Source: a phage. From it: DNA of 64,000 bases. A model generated the notes under the pieces. The model was not told the origin of the DNA, searched no databases, and was given only the letters and a program-made list of their open reading frames with translations. Position numbers and translations under genes: made by a program. This document shows positions 63,081 to 64,000 of this stretch, piece after piece. The stretch lies in the sequence record OZ346189.1; one strand, written 5' to 3'. Each line of letters opens with the position of its first letter. The stretch's first letter is position 1.

Positions 63081-63842
63081 TTAAAGTTCCATAAAGTTTT
63101 CTACAGTTTCAATAAATGCTTTATCAGAGAAAGCGTCAACAGCACCGTTAAACCATACAGGGATCCCGCGATCCTCATATTGATAAAGGTCGCTACGTGA
63201 AATGCCACTTCCATCTGCACTCTGCGAGTCATACTTGTTTACAATCAGCAGTTTTGTGCCTTTACAAGTAGCAGGAAACAATTCCCAGTTAAAATTAATA
63301 ACTGTGTTAGAACAACCTACTAGGATCACCATATCATTGCTTGTGAGAGATGTCAACAGGTCATACATGTCTGTATACTTAGGAGCAACCTCACCGAAGA
63401 ACACTACATTGGGCTTAACCCAGGTATACTTGCCTGTATCTACCTCCGTGTATCCGATATTTTTAATTACATCATTACCTTCAGCATCTTCGTAGGTGAT
63501 TTCAGGCAAATACCCGTGGACATGTAAAATATCTTCATGTTTTACACCAGCACGCTCCAGCAAATCATCTACATTGGTGGTAAGGTTGATCACACGACCA
63601 GACCAGCGGGAATACCACTCAGCGATCCGAAGATGTGCAAGGTTAGGATCAACACTGCCCAGAGCTACACGACGTGCATTGTAAAAGTCATGCACCTTAT
63701 AGTAATTCTTGGCAAAGGTGTGAATGTTGCACACCTCATCGATGCTGAAATTCTCCCACATTGCAGTGCTACCAGATCGGAAAGTGGGAATACCAGATTC
63801 AGCGCTCAAACCAGCACCGGAGATAATAATCAGTCGTCGCAT
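63081..63842 (-). CDS. Sir2-family (sirtuin-like) NAD-dependent enzyme
   Basis: 253 aa; NAD-binding signature ISGAGLSAESGIPTFR and TTNVDDL...HVHG. Confidence 0.7.
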   Translation of the reverse strand: MRRLIIISGAGLSAESGIPTFRSGSTAMWENFSIDEVCNIHTFAKNYYKVHDFYNARRVALGSVDPNLAHLRIAEWYSRWSGRVINLTTNVDDLLERAGVKHEDILHVHGYLPEITYEDAEGNDVIKNIGYTEVDTGKYTWVKPNVVFFGEVAPKYTDMYDLLTSLTSNDMVILVGCSNTVINFNWELFPATCKGTKLLIVNKYDSQSADGSGISRSDLYQYEDRGIPVWFNGAVDAFSDKAFIETVENFMEL

Positions 63843-63850
63843 AAGTGTCC

Positions 63851-64000
63851 TCAGTAGATGTTTTGTTTAATCTCTATTCCAAACTTCTTGAATGAGTCAG
63901 CAGCAAGCATAAATTTACGAGCTGCCGATGGATTAGAAGTATGCACGAAAATAATCACGTTGTCAATAAGTGGTGGCTTTCCGAATACAAGTTTCTCCTC
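63851..64000 (-). CDS. hypothetical protein, C-terminal 49 codons (5' end beyond window)
   Basis: Frame open to window edge, ...KFMLAADSFKKFGIEIKQNIY then TGA 63851-63853. Confidence 0.4.
   Translation of the reverse strand, partial: EEKLVFGKPPLIDNVIIFVHTSNPSAARKFMLAADSFKKFGIEIKQNIY

Noticed and set aside
1-64000. Prophage integration signals (integrase, att sites, repressor/Cro switch)
   Set aside because: No integrase-like or repressor-like ORFs recognised; gene content is that of a virulent phage replication/metabolism region

Overview
This 64 kb window reads as part of a virulent tailed-phage genome (replication, nucleotide-metabolism and early host-takeover region), with host-type sigma70 promoters and Shine-Dalgarno sites. 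All calls come from reading the sequence and the supplied ORF track; no database search, folding or alignment software was run, and non-ORF coordinates may be off by 1-2 nt. Two convergent transcription blocks meet at about 28160-28590. The + block (1-28160) holds two DNA methyltransferase genes, a primase-helicase, a family A DNA polymerase, an SSB-like protein, a macro-domain protein and about 50 small early genes, each with its own promoter, leader hairpin and terminator. The - block (28590-64000) holds an array of small paralogous proteins, an HPF/RaiA homolog, a ClpP-like protease, PhoH, NrdG, NrdD, glutaredoxin, NrdB/NrdA, ThyX-like, 5'-nucleotidase, dNMP kinase, three more DNA methyltransferases, a DnaQ-like exonuclease, Endo VII-like and RuvC-like resolvases, a FEN-like nuclease, a lambda-R-type lysozyme, an ATP-dependent DNA ligase, and MazG-like and Sir2-like proteins. 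No rRNA, tRNA or CRISPR array was seen by eye. The main second-look items are: (1) the DNA polymerase gene is interrupted by an intein and by a ~530 bp stop-containing intervening sequence; (2) nrdD carries a ~797 nt intron with an HNH homing endonuclease, with splice junctions that can be predicted to the nucleotide; (3) a phage-encoded ribosome hibernation factor homolog; (4) a macro-domain plus Sir2 plus MazG-like set, pointing at NAD+/ADP-ribose biology; (5) a non-coding locus at 17040-17660 with two Fur-box-like sites and a ~23 bp motif that recurs inverted at 26869-26891; (6) five DNA methyltransferase genes; (7) a family of at least seven small acidic paralogs.
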